64,000 nucleotides of DNA from an uncultured Planctomycetales bacterium (GTDB lineage: Bacteria > Omnitrophota > Gorgyraeia > Zapsychrales > Fredricksoniimonadaceae). A model generated the notes under the pieces. It had not been told where the DNA came from. It ran no database searches and worked only from the letters and a program-made list of their open reading frames with translations. The stretch is from positions 371-64,370 of the forward strand of contig CAZFNI010000010.1 of NCBI GenBank assembly GCA_964520655.1. The letters are read 5' to 3'. This document shows, piece by piece, positions 1 through 15,000 of the stretch. Each line of letters starts with the position of its first letter. The first letter of the stretch is position 1. A program made the translations under genes and the position numbers.

Positions 1-3000
1 TTTCCGAAAATATAAACCCCATTTCGGATTCTCCTTCTTTTGCCTCGCAGCCAACACCCAAAAGCCGCTTTAGTCTCTGGACCCGTTCTGTTGCGCTGTT
101 TGTCTTAACAGTCTTTATTCCCGACCAGGTCAGCTGGGCGTTTAATTATAATCCGAGTGTCCTCTGGGGCGAAAAAGCCGGGCTGGTGCGTTATGCCCAG
201 CAAGATACGGGGCCTGCTGTTCCTGCGGCTGCCCAGGTCAGCGGTTCTGTCCGTTATTTACTAAATCAATTATCTAATAACAAAGAATCCCTTAATGTTT
301 TAATTAATCTAGATGCCTCAAAGAAAAACGCCCTAAAGTTACAGACCCGCACCGGTTTTGACCAGGCCAAGATCCAAAGCATCATCAAATGGATCAATGC
401 CCCGGGCATACACCCGATCAACTGTGCCTCTTACAGTTTAAAAGACATTGCCGACAGCAAGCATTTAAACCGCACCGTTGAAGAGATCGCGGTCCTCAAT
501 ATCGCGACCGACTTGATGAGCGACATCATTAAAGTCGGTGAGCCGCAATTAAAAACAACATTGTACGCGATCAACAAAGTCGGCCAGGCTTTGGGGATTG
601 ACTATGTCAGCATCAAGACAGCCCGCGAAGACGTCTTAAAACTGCAGACGCCTTTTATTGCCCACTTAAAAGGCGAGCATTTTATCACCATCACCAAGGT
701 GACGGATCAGGATGTGCATGTCAATGATCTGGGACGTCTGCAGGTGGTCAATCGTGCAGACCTGCAGGATAAGCTAGACGGAATTGCCTATGCCCCGGAT
801 CCCTCCAAATCAGAGTCTACTAAGACAATAGAGTTTGAGTATGTGCCCAAAACCCTTCAGGCGTTTGCCTGGGGCGATAAGTGGGTGGATAAAAGCAAGA
901 ATTTGCCGGGGCTTGTCAGTGATAAATCTGTTTACATGAATTTGGCGATCACGGTGGCGGCGACCCTTTTGCTTCCAGGTTCTAATGGACTCACGGGAGC
1001 TGGTGCGGTGGCGATGGCTTTGGCCACTTCCAGCCTTGCTTCCACGGTGGCCACAATATGCGTGCAAAAAGGGGCGTGCAGCGCTTCAGGAGCGTTTATT
1101 TTATCCGCCGCGATCAGCATGGGGGTTGGGAGCATTGATTGGGGCAGTGGTGGTTCTGCCGCAGGATCGGCCGCGTCTTCTTCAACCACTTCGGCATCCA
1201 ATCTATCATTCTTAGACACGCTGAAAGAATTTTTCGACAAGCTTTGGAGCGGGATAAAAGAAGTGTTTGGAGGCGAGCCTCCTGTTACTGGGAGCGCGCC
1301 GCCAGCAACAACACCAGTTGATCCAAGCGTTACATCGCCTCCTCCCACAGGCAATACAGGCTCAACGCCTTCGCCAGATGTTCGGCCAGAGGGAACCCCT
1401 CCAACAGGTGCTGCGCAGACCGCTAAACCGTCAGCCCCAACCAGGGTGGTCAGGCCGTGGTATCAAGCTTTTGCTATTGGGTTTGTTGGCGGCGCTGTTA
1501 CGGGATGGGTGAAGTATAAAGTCCTTTCATATATCAACAATAAAATGTGCGGCGAAAAAGGCTGCACCGGCACACGAGAGATTATCAAGGACGCGTTGGG
1601 CATTATCGCATCTTCCCTGGCTTCTGCTGCTGTTCTTCGCGCAGGTTCATCATTGGTCGATCAGGCCACGAACAATGAATATAAGATCAGCGAATTCTTT
1701 GGATACGCCAAATCTGAAGAGGCCCAAAATGAGGCCATGGGTAAATACACTGTTGAAAAAGATGGGAAAATAACAAGGACGGGCGTCTATGGAGCTATTC
1801 GCGAGATGTCTTTTGAACAGGTGAGGGATGAATTAATTGCAAAATTAAAAAGTGATGATCCTGGTTTTGTTTTGAAAGGTTGGAAAATAGATGATGAGGG
1901 GAATCTTCTTGCTGAAGCTGTTGGTGGAGAAAGCAAGAAGTGGTCCAAGAAAGATTTTGAAGCGTTGGTTGATTCTCGGGAAGAGTATAACCTCAACAAT
2001 TACATAAAGCTGGATGATCAAGGCAATGTTTTTCTGACCCAGGCTAATTTAAGAGGGATCTATGCCCGCGGCTATACCCAGGCTTTTGGTAAGTTACAAG
2101 TTAATGAAAAGGGCAAGATAGAGCTTCTTATTAAGGATTCACGTCCTGAAACCCTTGGGGAAGCATTGGTTGCTGCCCTTAAGGGAGAAGTCCCCAGCAT
2201 GGCTGGACAGTTGGCGTTAATGGCAACGCGGATTTTCTTATTAAAAGCATTTAAAACTAAATCCGACAATACATCGGCTCAAGCATTAAGCCAACTCATG
2301 AGTTTTGCGGCCAGCGCATCAGCAGATCAATGGATGGCCACGGGCAGCACAGGAGATCTATTTAGGGGAGAGGACAAGGCTTTTCTATCCAGTACAGTTG
2401 GCAAGGCTATGCAATTCGCGCTTTATCAAGCTATTTTTGGCGCGCTGTTCAATTCTTTGGAAAGATCTGTTATTGGGAAAGATGACGGGACTCATTCTTA
2501 TGAGTATCGTGATAAGAGAGCGCAATTTAGAACGACGATGTTCATGCTTTCTTCTGTATTGGCTGGATCGTTAAACTATGCATTAAACAGCCCTGACACG
2601 GACACAAAGGTTGGTTTTGGGAAATCTTTGTACAATGAATTGGTTGGCGGCAAAGGCGTTAAAGGGTTAGCGGCACCCGGGCTTGATTCTTTCTTTGGGG
2701 TCTCCTTAAGCAATCAATATCAGCAGGACGGTAACTGGGGATCTGGTAAAAACTTTTTAGCTTATCAAGATACAATGGCCGGTTTATCCGGATTTACCGC
2801 GGAGTGGGCGGTCCAAGCTGAGAACTTGGAGAGACAATATAAAGCTCAAGCGGCTGCGGAAGGAAAAGAGTATAATCGCGACCAATTCCTGTTGGCTTTG
2901 TGGGGCAATAAAATGTTGACCCCCGGCTTGATGAGCGTGGAGTATATATCTGCCACTTTTGCCGGACCTATCTATGACAATTTAAAAGATATCTTCATCA

Positions 3001-6000
3001 ACATTCCGTGGTCAGCGATTATTTCAGCGCCTAAGAGCAAGGCTGATTTGGAGGTATCAAAACTACAAATGGCGAGAGTCGAAAATCGAAACACTACGAA
3101 GATAGCCTCGTCTTTAAATGAAACAGTTCCTGATGGGGTTGCGGTTGATGCCTTGACTGAAGCCTCTGCACCAAATCCCAACAATGAAGGTGAAGACATA
3201 ACAACAAAATTAGTTGTGGCAAAAAAAGCCTCCGCGACCGCATGGAATAACTGGTGGAAAGACGTCCAGACCATGAGCAATTGGGGGTTGACGTTTAGAG
3301 GGTATACCTTCTTCTATACAGCCAATGATGATAAGAAGGATAAGGATGCTGCATCCAAAGCGACCCCACTCTTGGCCATCAACTTGATATCTCAGGGTGA
3401 CTGCAAAGACGGCAAGTGTACGGTGGCCGGGTTTAATGAAAAAGATTACTTCACCATGTCTGCTGTTCAAAATAAAAGCGGGGATTTTGTTTTTTCTAAT
3501 TTCTTCGCGGATATTTCCCGCAATAGCCAAAAGGCCTTAGGGTTAAAATATTTGACGGATTCCGGTTGGAGAACCGTTGCCATGGATGAGGTTAAGGATG
3601 GAAAGTCAAGTTTCATGGCAGAGGGCAATGTTCAGCTTACAGGTGCTAACGGCAAGGGATTTCGGTTAACAGGCAGTTCTATCGGCGAAGGCTTCCAAGA
3701 TATCCTGGGCCCGGCACAAGTGACGATCATTGACCGCCAGGGCGATGGCACAGGTGATCTAACCACCAACACATACTCTGATAACCGCCTTGTATTAAAC
3801 AGCGCTTCAGACAGCCTCAACATATATAGAAAGGACGGAGGTGTTTACAGCGGCCAATGGGACCAGAATGATCCCAAGAAAAAACGCCAGGGCGCGACAC
3901 AGGATATCGCTTTTGATGGGAATAGGGTTTCCTTAATACAGCGAGATCTGAATGAGGCCAACGGGCAGATGATGAGGGGATGGGTTGCTACTGTTGGCTT
4001 GAATGGCGAGACATCGCCAAGCGATTTGGCCAGGTTCGGATTTCTTAAAACAGGCGGCATTGTTAAAGATATTAGGGATAGTTTGAAAGAGTTGCAGGGG
4101 AAGCTGGGAGAAAAAGCTACACTTGAACAGATCACGACAAAATTGTTAGAGGCTGGTTACAGCGCGGAAAGTGTGAAATTTATTACATCCATAGGATCTG
4201 CGGGAGCTGCTATTCAAACAATTGATTTTGGGGCTGGAGAGGATGAAAAGAACCCTAATTATTTCTCCATTAAAGGGGCTGTTTCCAAAGGAAACTTGAT
4301 TAGCACACTTATGTTTAGCCCATCAATGGGGAAGAAAGATGATCTCAGTGTAGTGCGTTTAAGTGGTCAGGATGTCGGGATTCTTGATTTGGTGACACCT
4401 AATTTATCCCAGGCGCATTATGCAACTGTCGTAGGCGCGAATTTATTGGGTAATGCCGTACAAGGCGGTAGCGTTCTCGATGCGGCAGCGTTGACGTATT
4501 CGGATGGAAAAACGATCTTTAAACCGACCCTTGCGGCTAATATTCAACCCAGCGGCATTTCAGCAGAACAGGCGAAGTTATTTGAGGCTAATGGTTTATT
4601 GCCCAATGGAGAAGAGGTTGGCGGAAAGCCAGCCAAGACTCAGAGAGTTTCTTCCGAACAAGCCAGATTTTATGAAGCTAATGGACTGTCAGAAGATGGC
4701 TCAGATATTGCGCTAGATTTCTATGGACCGGGAAGCAATGCGACTCGCCGTTTATTGAAGGGCAAGGACGATGGATTCATGCAATTTACCCGCGGTGAGG
4801 CGAAGACTGACGGGAAAGGGAATTGGAGTTTTGTGTTAGCAGGGGGCACGGGATCCTACATTAATAACAGGGACGGAATCCCAGAAATGTTTGAGGCGGA
4901 AAAAGGAAAGAAATTTGCGGTTGGCGGGAAAGAATATGATCAAGGGGTGATTGTCAATGATGCCGGTGTGTTTACGAATTGGGGCGTGTTTAGATATCTG
5001 GATCAGGCAGGCAGACACGATGCATACACAGCGCTTAATAAGGCCTATAGTTCCAATGGAGCTATGGCGGAAGCTATGAATATGTATGCGGTGGTCGGCA
5101 AAGACGGCAGCGTCAAACATTACGGCCTCAATGGAACAGATATTGTAAATCCTAAGATTCTTGAACAAACGCCTAATCTACAGGATGGCACGTTAACAAC
5201 GATCATTGAACGGCCGGTACCACAGTTTATTTTCCAACAAGGATTCCTGAAAGAATCTAAACTCTATGATTCAATGAATAGTTATGACGCATTTGGAACG
5301 CCGATAACGAAAGTGCAAGAAACGAAAATAGAATCTATTGTCAAAGAAGACCTTGTATTAAGGGCGCATGGTTTGCCTGGAACAATGTTGACAGCAGATC
5401 AAGGCGGCGAATTAGGGGCATTTGATGTTGTATCTGGTAAAGTTCAAGACTTAAGGGGCGATGTGTTCTTGGATGGCGTATGGACAAAAATGCTTACCCC
5501 TAGAGAGGTTGTTGATCAAGACGGCAATCGAGTGAATAGTGATGATTCAACGGTGGTGCTTCGTAACGGGGTCAAAACCCTGGCGTCTAGCTGGACGGTT
5601 AAAGACATCACCATCGATCCGTATTACTTGAAGGTGGCCCAGGATAAAAAGGGCGGCGAAAAAGGTGCAAAGACAGGAAAGCCCAACGAAGAAGCTAATA
5701 CGCTGGTTCGTTTGGATGGAAGTATTGGCGCCGCGGATGGTTACACCGCTGTTCAAGTAAACGGGGTTAATGACGAGTATCGGTATACTCCGTATAGAGA
5801 TAAAATTACAGGGAAGATCGGGTATGGTCTTTCTGGTACGGGTCTTACGGATGGTTATCTCGGATTTAACGATGATTGGTCTAAGGGTGCACAAAGCTTA
5901 AGTCAAGATACACATTATATTCGTATTCTTTCGACAGAGGATATGACTAGGGCGGATGGTTCAAAGCTTTATACAGAAAAGACCCGGCCTAGTATTGGAA

Positions 6001-9000
6001 TTGATATTGTCGAAGGGCAATGGTTCATTGATGATGGCACATTAACGGGGGTTTCCAGGGATATTAACCAGAGGACGGCTAAGGGCAGCGTAGTCGGCAA
6101 TACGTTTGTATTGGCAAGATATTTAAATAACACCCCAACGCTTGTTCTGAACAAAAAGTTTGATGTCACTGAGAACAGAAAAGGGGAAGAATTTAATATC
6201 GTAAAAAGTAAATTTGGGGTTACGGCAAAAGGTGATGCGGCAAGCTATATGTTTTTGTTAGCCAACGGCGATGTTTACGTTCCAGCGTGGATGAAGAAGG
6301 TTGGTGTTCAAGGAACTGAGCAACAGATCAATTCTAAAACAGGAGCAACGCCGGGAGTTGTTTCTTTGAACGGATTTATAAGAAATAGATCCGGATTGTT
6401 ATCTGAAAGCTGGGTATTAGGGACGGGCGGGTATGTCGGGGATAGCGTTATGAATAAAAATGCCCCAACTGAAGATGGAAAAGAAGGCAAGAAGGAAAAA
6501 GGACGAGGGACAGGACATATTACGTTTAATGAGGACAAGGTTGGGAATGAATATGCATCGAATAATGCCAATATGGTAGAAATGAGCGCATATGGCAATA
6601 AGACATTATATAGCGCAGGAGCAGCACAGTTAGGGAATTTTAGAAATTTTAAGACAGCAAAAACATTTAGAGCATTAGATGCCCAAACAGCAAAAATGCA
6701 GGGAGATGAAGGGTCTGCGGCATTTGTTGTTGAGGTGGTAAGAAAGTCTGATTCGACCAACAGCCGTCTGCCATTTAAGATCGGTTCGGGTGCCCTTACT
6801 TTTGATCCCAGTCAAGTGGATGTCTTTACCGTTAGCTCTGCAACAAATGAAGCAGCGCCGCTTAATACAAAACGTTCGACGGTTGTTGAAAATAATGCCG
6901 GTGAAACGGGCAAGTTAAGCATTTCTTCAGATATGGATATTGCCAGAAGAAAGGGTGAGGCTGATGCTTTAGTCGGGCTTGTCACTATGCCGACGTACTC
7001 TGACGTTTCTGGTAATGTTCGCGGAGGAGAACAGCTTTTGGTTGGTACGGGCAGCGTCTCAGCGCGTGTTAATGAACTTATTCTTAATGGCAATGTCAAG
7101 ATTGCACGAGATGATAATAAGAATTGGGTGGCGGGAACAACGATAGAACCGATCAAGATCACGTCTAATGGATTCAGCGCTCTTTTAGATACTTATCTTG
7201 GTGTTTATCCTTCCCGAGAAGATGCTTTTAATATTTTAAGCGGAAAAGTGAGAACTGGGTGGGATGCCGATCACCCGTTGGATGCCACTGTTCTTAAAGT
7301 TGTGTTTGGTGAGAAAACAGATGAAGCATTAATGAGGAATGGGGATACTCGCGGTATTTCCTGGGGATTCTTATTTTCAGGGAATATGCTGCAAGCGACG
7401 AATTTAAGCACCACCCCCCTTGAAAAGCCATCTTCAAAAACGGTTGGTCCTGAACAGAGGGCACAGGAATTTGTTCGCAGGAATCTAAGTGAAGATGATT
7501 TCTATGCAAAAGCAAAAGCGTTAGGAATCGATTCTTCCAAAATACGGAACATTGTCTTTAATCCAGAGAAAAATGGCCGCGTTGAGGCGGTGGTTGAATT
7601 TACCGATTATCGATCCGTAACAGGCATAAGATTTAGAAATATTTCTTTGGATACCGTACAGGGAGCAACACCGTACTCAGTTGCAACCGCTAAAGCGGTA
7701 ATGTACACCCCAGATTACGTTCAATTGTCTGCAGATGGAACGACAAACGATGGGAAGCCAAGAGGGATGTTCCTAGCCTTTAATCAACAGACTGGAACTT
7801 TGACAGCCAATTCGGCTACAAAGATCGAATCTAATGGAGCGCTTTACGCATTGTCTCTTGATGCAGATAAAAAGGGAGATAAGCAGGATGCATATTTTAG
7901 AATATCAGAAAAGGATGGCAGCATTTCTTTTAAACCAGAAGTGCTCACAACGTCAAATGCTGATGGAGAACTGGTTCCTTCTATTAATAATGACGGAGCC
8001 TTAGGCAGCCCAATTCGGGCAATTGAAAAAATTCGCGCGGGTGAGGATCAGCAAACAGGAAATTATAAATTTGCGATCATTGCAAAAGACGATGTCTTTA
8101 TCAGCGACTATATAGCAAAAAATAATGCCGCTGCTCAAGTAAATTATTCAGAGTATGCGGGAATATCTCCTGAAGATGCTGCGGCGATGGATTTTGCTGC
8201 AACGCAGAGAATGAGTCACGAACAGTATTTAAGGAATGCCAATCAAGCATATGATCTGGTCTCGGGTAAAGCCATCCAGAACAAGCTAACGATAAAAACA
8301 GGAACCGATGAATATTGGACCTTTGAACCAAGCGATGTTTATCAAGAAAAAACACGCTGGTATCAATCAATAACACACGGCATCAAAGGAGAGGGCAGGC
8401 AAACAGAATTTAAAGACAGACTAAGGACTTCGTTTAATTTTTCAGATGATCAGGCGGATAAGTTAGATGCCAGCAACATGTCTATTTTAGGAATGGCCAA
8501 TACAGCTTTAATGGCCGCCGGTGGTATTGGTTTTCTAACAAAAGGCGTTGCGGCAGCTGAAGGGGCCTCAGCGTTGACGCGAACAGCTGCTGTAATGACA
8601 AATGGATTTTTAGATGTCGGCAGAGCAGTGGTTGTTCAAAACGGTGTTGGTTTTGGATTGTCAGCAGGGGTGACTTGGCTGACAACCGATGGAACAACCG
8701 ATCGCAGGGCACAAGAAATTTTTGCTTCAGGCGTTTCCGGTGCGAAAGACACAGGTTTAATTGTCGGAGGATTGGGGCTCGCGGCTAAAGCAGTCGCGCC
8801 TTTAGATAATCTAATTGCGACAAGGATACTAACACAAGACTCCAAGATCACGAATTTTATAACCAGTTCATACATGCCCCTTGTTACCACCACTATTGGT
8901 GGCGGGACAATCAATGCTTTGCGAGGGGCTACAGAAAATTATTTGAACGGGAAGGATTTCAGCGCTTCTCAAGTAGCTTCTGATTTTGGAACAGGCGCGG

Positions 9001-12000
9001 GGTATGGATTTGGCTTCGCTCTTCTAAAAACGAAAACAGGGGCGTTTGGAAATAAGATTAGTAATAGCCCTTGGTTGAATGGTATTGGATACTCAGGTAT
9101 ATCCGTTTTAGGAGCGATGACAAGTGCTGGCGCTGACTATAGTTTCAAGAATTTGCCATTTGATGCAACTTTTGGTTTGTTGGCAGGGAGATATTTGGTT
9201 GCCGGCGCTCCAAAATGGCTTGGTGCAGGTGCTTTTCCGAGAACAGCCGCACAAGTAGAAAGAATAACAGCAACCGTTGAACCAGTTATGGCAAGAACGG
9301 CAACGGAATTAACGTTTACAGATAAGATCATTAAGGCAACAAATGCTAAACCTGTTGCGGTTGGAGTTGTTTCTGGAGCAGCATTAGGCGCAGCAACCGG
9401 TTTAAGATCTGACGGGGATTTGTCAACGATTGGTAGTTATGCATTAGGCGGTGCTCTGCTAGGCGGGGTCGTTGGTTCTGGGTTGCCAAAGTTTGCCTTC
9501 ACTCGTCCCGACATCACAACAGCAGCAGCAACTAAAGCAAATGCCGTTCTTTCTTTGGGGGGGGCGACAGGCATCGCCGCGCGTCTCACAACCGGGACCA
9601 TTCTGGGCGGGTTAAGCGGATTTGCTTTATCTTACGCTGATTCTAATTTGCAGAATGCGGATTTTTCAAAGAGATTGAACCATGTGGCCTATGGAGCATT
9701 GGCTGGACTTTCTTTGAGCGGTCTAGGCATGATGCGCAGCAACATGCAAAGTTGGGCACAAACAGGAAAAGTTGGCGGTCAGGTAACAGGGGGATCAATG
9801 CTGGAGAAGATCGCAGCTAATCCGATGATCTTGCCGAGACTTTCTGTTGTTGGCGCGGCCGATTTTGGTGCGATGATGCCGGCATGGAGCATGGTCGACG
9901 TTCCAATCCGGGCGTTGGTTCAAGGCGGGGGGATACAGAAGGCCTACACAGATCATTTTGCGAAAGACCCCAAGACAGGTGGAGTCATTAAATCTGAAGA
10001 TTTATTGGGTAAGAAATTTTTATCGGATATTGCGGGCGGCGTAGAGATGGGCAAGACATTAAATATGTGGATGCCGATCGCCCAGATGCCGCTTAGTGCT
10101 GTGGCCCCCAAAGCATTTACTGCGAAGATGGAAGGAGAGTGGTATAGCAGTTTATCTAATATAGGAAGAACCCTTGCTACGGGGGAACGACTGGTCCTTG
10201 AAACAATTGCGATCAAGGGCCACTCAATGCCGATCACAATTTTGCAGTTAGATGTCACCGAGAACCTGGCGCATAAGTTTCTAAATAATCAAGATGGATT
10301 GCAATTGCGTTTGAATAATGAGGGACGGGAGTTGGCGAGGATTAGTGGGTATACAAATGAATTTGATATCGCGCTTGAAGCCCAGAAATACCAGGAACAA
10401 AAGACACAAGAATTGTCACAAAACATTGCTTTTTACAGCTTGATGTTGAAACCCTCTGGCGCAACCGAAGCGCAAACAGCAATGTCCGAAGCCAGACGGC
10501 TTCGTGAACAGGGTAATTATCAGGGTGCACAAAAGGCCATCGACCTGGCCATGGCGATCGCTCCCAAGGGGACAGCAGAGGCGGAGTATTTAAATTATGC
10601 TAATACTCTGGATTTGACAAGAAACAGTAAGGACGATGCCGCAGTCCAGCAAGCCCGACAACAGGCTTATTCTTTAGTGGTACAAAAAGTCAATACGATT
10701 GTTGATCAAGGCGGCAGCGTTGAAACGCTTTTTGGTGCAGGGAAGGCGGATGCGCTGACATTGGCTGCCCAGACGGAGGGATTGCGCGCTGAAAGTCTTT
10801 GGATGAGCGGTAATAAGGAAGAGGCTCTCAAAGCTGAGAAGTCACAGGATGTTTTGATCGATCGTGCGCAGGATGCTTTCGGCAAATTTAGTGTGATGCA
10901 CGCCGAACTTGGTAAAGTCAAAGACATGCTTCCGGCGGCGCGTATTGTCAACGAGATCCAGTCCCTTGTCAATAAGAACGAATTGACACTGGCTGTGGCC
11001 AAAGCCCAGGAATTTTCTAACCGTCCCGACCTACTTCCAGAACAATTTGTTGCAGGGAAATTATTGCTTTCCGATGTAAGCCTTGCGTTAAGCAGAGACA
11101 TGGGGAATAAGTCTAAGAATTCTGGATTGGAGATGGATGGGCCTGTTTATGAGCAAAAGGCAGTTAAATTGCAGCAGGATGCCGCAGCTGCGCTTCAAGA
11201 GGCGTATGGATTTTTAAAGACAGGAAATGACGCCGGAAAATTACCCAGCGTTTTTCAGAGAGCCCAGATCCTTAATCGTATGGCAGGCATTGAAATGATG
11301 AAAGATGGCTCGGATTTAGAAAACGGCTTGGCATTTTTAGACAGCAGGATACAGGCTGATCCTAAAGAATCTTCTTTATATCTGGCCAAGATCCAAATGT
11401 TAAGCGGCAAGGCTTCGAGAGGCGGCGAAAGTAATTTGAACCGGATCAATGCGGTTGTGGAATTAGCCAGAACCAATGGCGTAGGCCATATTGATGCGAT
11501 GCAAAAGATCGCTGACCTTGTTCACGTGGACAATAAGATGGCAAGGATTTCAGAGATCTATGATAGAGAAGGTAAGCGTGATAGCGACGATTTGGTTGAA
11601 GTTATTAAGGCGGCTGATGAAGGGTTGAAAAAAGCACCAGATGAGCCGATGTTATACATAGCTCGCGCCGAGGCGCGTTTCGCTTTGGAAGGAGAAACTT
11701 CCCAAGTATCGACGGATTTGGTAAGAGCTGCACAATTGGTTAAGGTATCTGGGCGCATAGAGGCGGAAATTGAATTGGCTACTTTGCAGGGCAAGATCGC
11801 TCTTTATAAAGCGGCAGAACGTCCTGCGCAAGAGCAGCAGAAGCTGTATCAAAGAGCATTAAGAGAATTCGATAGGTCCGTTGAATTGTCTGGGGAGAAT
11901 GTTTCGGCCGAACAGTTGTATAATCAGGCGTTAGCACTGCATTTGACAGGCGAGCTCAGAGAAACGCAGCCACCAGTTCAAATATTGGAAAAGGCGTTAA

Positions 12001-15000
12001 AGATCACCCAAAACAGCGAATTAGAAGGAAGCATCAAAGAGTTGATGTCAACAGTCAGCGTTGGCGGCAGCGACAATTTACAAGGGCAGCAATTGACTCA
12101 GCAGCAAAAAGAGCAGATCGGTCAAGTTGTTTTAGCTGTGGCGGCCAAACAGGAAAACGCACCTACTAGAAAAGAGATCAAAGACAAGGAAGGCAAAGTT
12201 ATTGCGGTTCTAGAAGTGCACAGGAATGCGGATACCGCAGAGTTAGGTAGGGACGGTGCATTTGCGATCATTGAAGGGCAGGACGGCGTAAAGAAAATTG
12301 TTATTGTAGCCAAGAATAATCAGGCAGCTCTCCATGAGTTTGGTGAATTGCGCTCTAAAAGACAGATCGACCTTATCGAAGGGAGCGTTGAAGGAAAGTC
12401 ATTAAAGGATCTAGGAAAAGATACAATGGCGTTATTAGGATTTGAGGAAGGCGCTCTAACGTCTGATAAATCTCCCCACACTATTGCGGAACAGTTATAT
12501 GGTAAGGGCCAAGAAGCCCCGGCGGGGTTGACGCGCGCACCGCCGACTGAGGTCGCATCCGGACGCATTTTAGATGCCGGAGCTTCTGATAACGCCCTCG
12601 TTGCAGCACCCGAAACTTCCCCGTCAGTTCTAAAATCTACCAAAGATTTAATCGGCACATTCAGGCCTGGTTCATGGTCCAGAATGACGGCAAAGATCGA
12701 TTCATTGGTCCGTCAATTAGGATTAGGGCATTTGGTCGATAGAAATGACGTCGTAAGAACTGAAACAAAGTATTTAGAAACAATGGGGACAAAAGAGATC
12801 AAGGCAGCTCGTTCCGAGCAGATGAAAGAAGCTAATGTTAGGGAAGAATCGTTGATCAAAGCGTTCAATGAAATGTCAATAGAGGGGGGCAATATTGCTC
12901 CAAAAGCAATTATTGAAGCTGCCGTAAGAAATTATACGGGAGAACAGAAAGAGCAATTCCGGTCTCACTTAGAGAAATGGTTTGCGGAGAAACCTTTAGG
13001 GAAGGAAAGCACAGTCACCCGCGGAGAGATGATGGGTGAATTCTTTGGGGCATTTAGATCGTCTATCGGCGGGAAAGATCTTAAGTGGATCGAGGGTCAG
13101 GTCGCGGTGGTCAGCAAGATCATTGATTTTTCATTCGGTAAGAAGCCGGTGGACGGTTCCATGTTAACGGCAATTTTGAACATGGGCGGCGGTAAGACAG
13201 ATATTGCCGTTAATATGATGCCGATCATAGCCAAGTACGCAAAAGAAAAACAGGCTATTTATATTGTCCCCGACAAGCTGGTTCATGACATGGCAGGAAA
13301 AATTTCAGGCGCTCATGTAGTTGAAGGGGCAGTTGGAGAAAGCCTGCAATTTAAAAATGATGTCGTCAATGTCATGGGGCAGACACAAGCTAAAACAATT
13401 TTATTGAATTTGCAGAGCGCAAAACCAGGTGAGATTGTCCGCAATCCATTTAAAGATTCCATTGTGTTTGGTGATGAAGCGCATCTTTTCTATACACTGC
13501 CTTCTTTGATCATCGGCGGAGATTCATCGGCTGGTCAGCACCGGGTAGCAGAAATGAAAGCCACAGAAAAAGGCCGCAGCGAACTTCAATTCCAGGGCGA
13601 GAAGATGCTCGCGTTGCGTGACATCGTGGCAACGATCTACGACGCTGTCGAACAAGTTAAAACCGATGGTTCTTTTAGAGACGCAGTTGTTACGCTGAAG
13701 GTTGGGGAGAAAGAATATAACGGTGCCTATGACCTTGCGCAAAACATAAAAGAGATCGTTAAGCAAAAGCACGGCGAGGCCATAAAGAAATACTTTACCA
13801 AAGAGGCGGGGGTTGAAGAAATGGAGCATTTCTTCCGCGGCGCCGCTTCTGTGTTAAGTGCGGTTGAACATAAAACCATCCGTTTTAATGTTGATAAGCA
13901 AACAGGCTTGAAGATCGAATATGACCCATTCGACTTGCAGACAACAGGTGATCCGCAGTTAAACCGCATATTCACTGACCAGCAAAAGATCAACGCCCAG
14001 GCCAAAGTGATCGTTGCGTTATTTTCTTTAGATAGGGCTCCGTTAAAAGAAATGGCCGGCGCCACATTAAAGATGACCGATGCTTCCGGTAAGAGTGTCT
14101 CAAAAGAAGGGGAGGCAGTGTGGGCTCAGCATACAGGAAAAGAAGATCCTCGCAAGGCCAGCGGTGTTGATGTTCTAAATTCTATACGTGATAATGGCGG
14201 AAGGGTGCTTTTGTTGACTGGTTCGCCGGGTGAATCTTTTGCGGCCATGCGCCAAATGGGGACATCCATCTGGCAGTTGAGAAAAGCGGCTGATTTAGCT
14301 GATATCAACTATGCACCTGTGATTAAAAGCAAGACTGGGTTTATGGATGCCATTGAAGGCTATGCGAAAGAGTACTCATCTGACCAGGGGCAGTATGGGG
14401 ATGCTTTGGTCATCAATACCAAGATGTTGGCGAGTTTAACACATTATTCCCAAGCAGAGCTAAGTGCGTTTGTACAGAAACTTGAGAAAGAAGGAAAGAG
14501 AGTTGATGTTTGGTCTTCTGAACAAGCACAAGGTGGCTTTAATAAACTCAAAGAGGAAGTTAAAGAAGCGGTTGCAAAGGTGACTATTCAGGAAAAAGAC
14601 ATTGTTACAAAAGAGCCTGGTGAGCAAAGAAATGCTGAAATAAAGGCACTTGCGGAGCAGGCAGCAAGAAAGATCGTTAAGGAAGTCCTTAGTGGAAGAG
14701 TTATCATCACATCCATGGTGGAAGGCGTTAACCCAACTGTCGGTCGCAATGTTGATGTTCAGGTCAAAATCGAAGGGGAGGACAAATCTGTTGAACCCGT
14801 AGTTGAACAAGTGAAAGTCGACAATATCTTTTCTGTTGATCACGTGGTTTTGGGGACTCGTTCCGTAGATGCGGGATTACAAAGTATGACCCGTTTCAAT
14901 GCGTATGAAAAAGATACCGACTTTGCCAGCCAGAGTGAACGTACCAAGGCCAGCCGTACACGGCAAGTTTTCCTTACAGATGCTGATCCTGAGTTGGGAG

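Noticed and set aside
13100-14900. A full SF2/SNF2 helicase core
   Set aside because: Motif I-like GGGKT and a DEAH box are present at plausible spacing. The putative motif III lies ~250 aa downstream, and motifs IV-VI are not convincing, so it is reported only as P-loop/DEAH-like.
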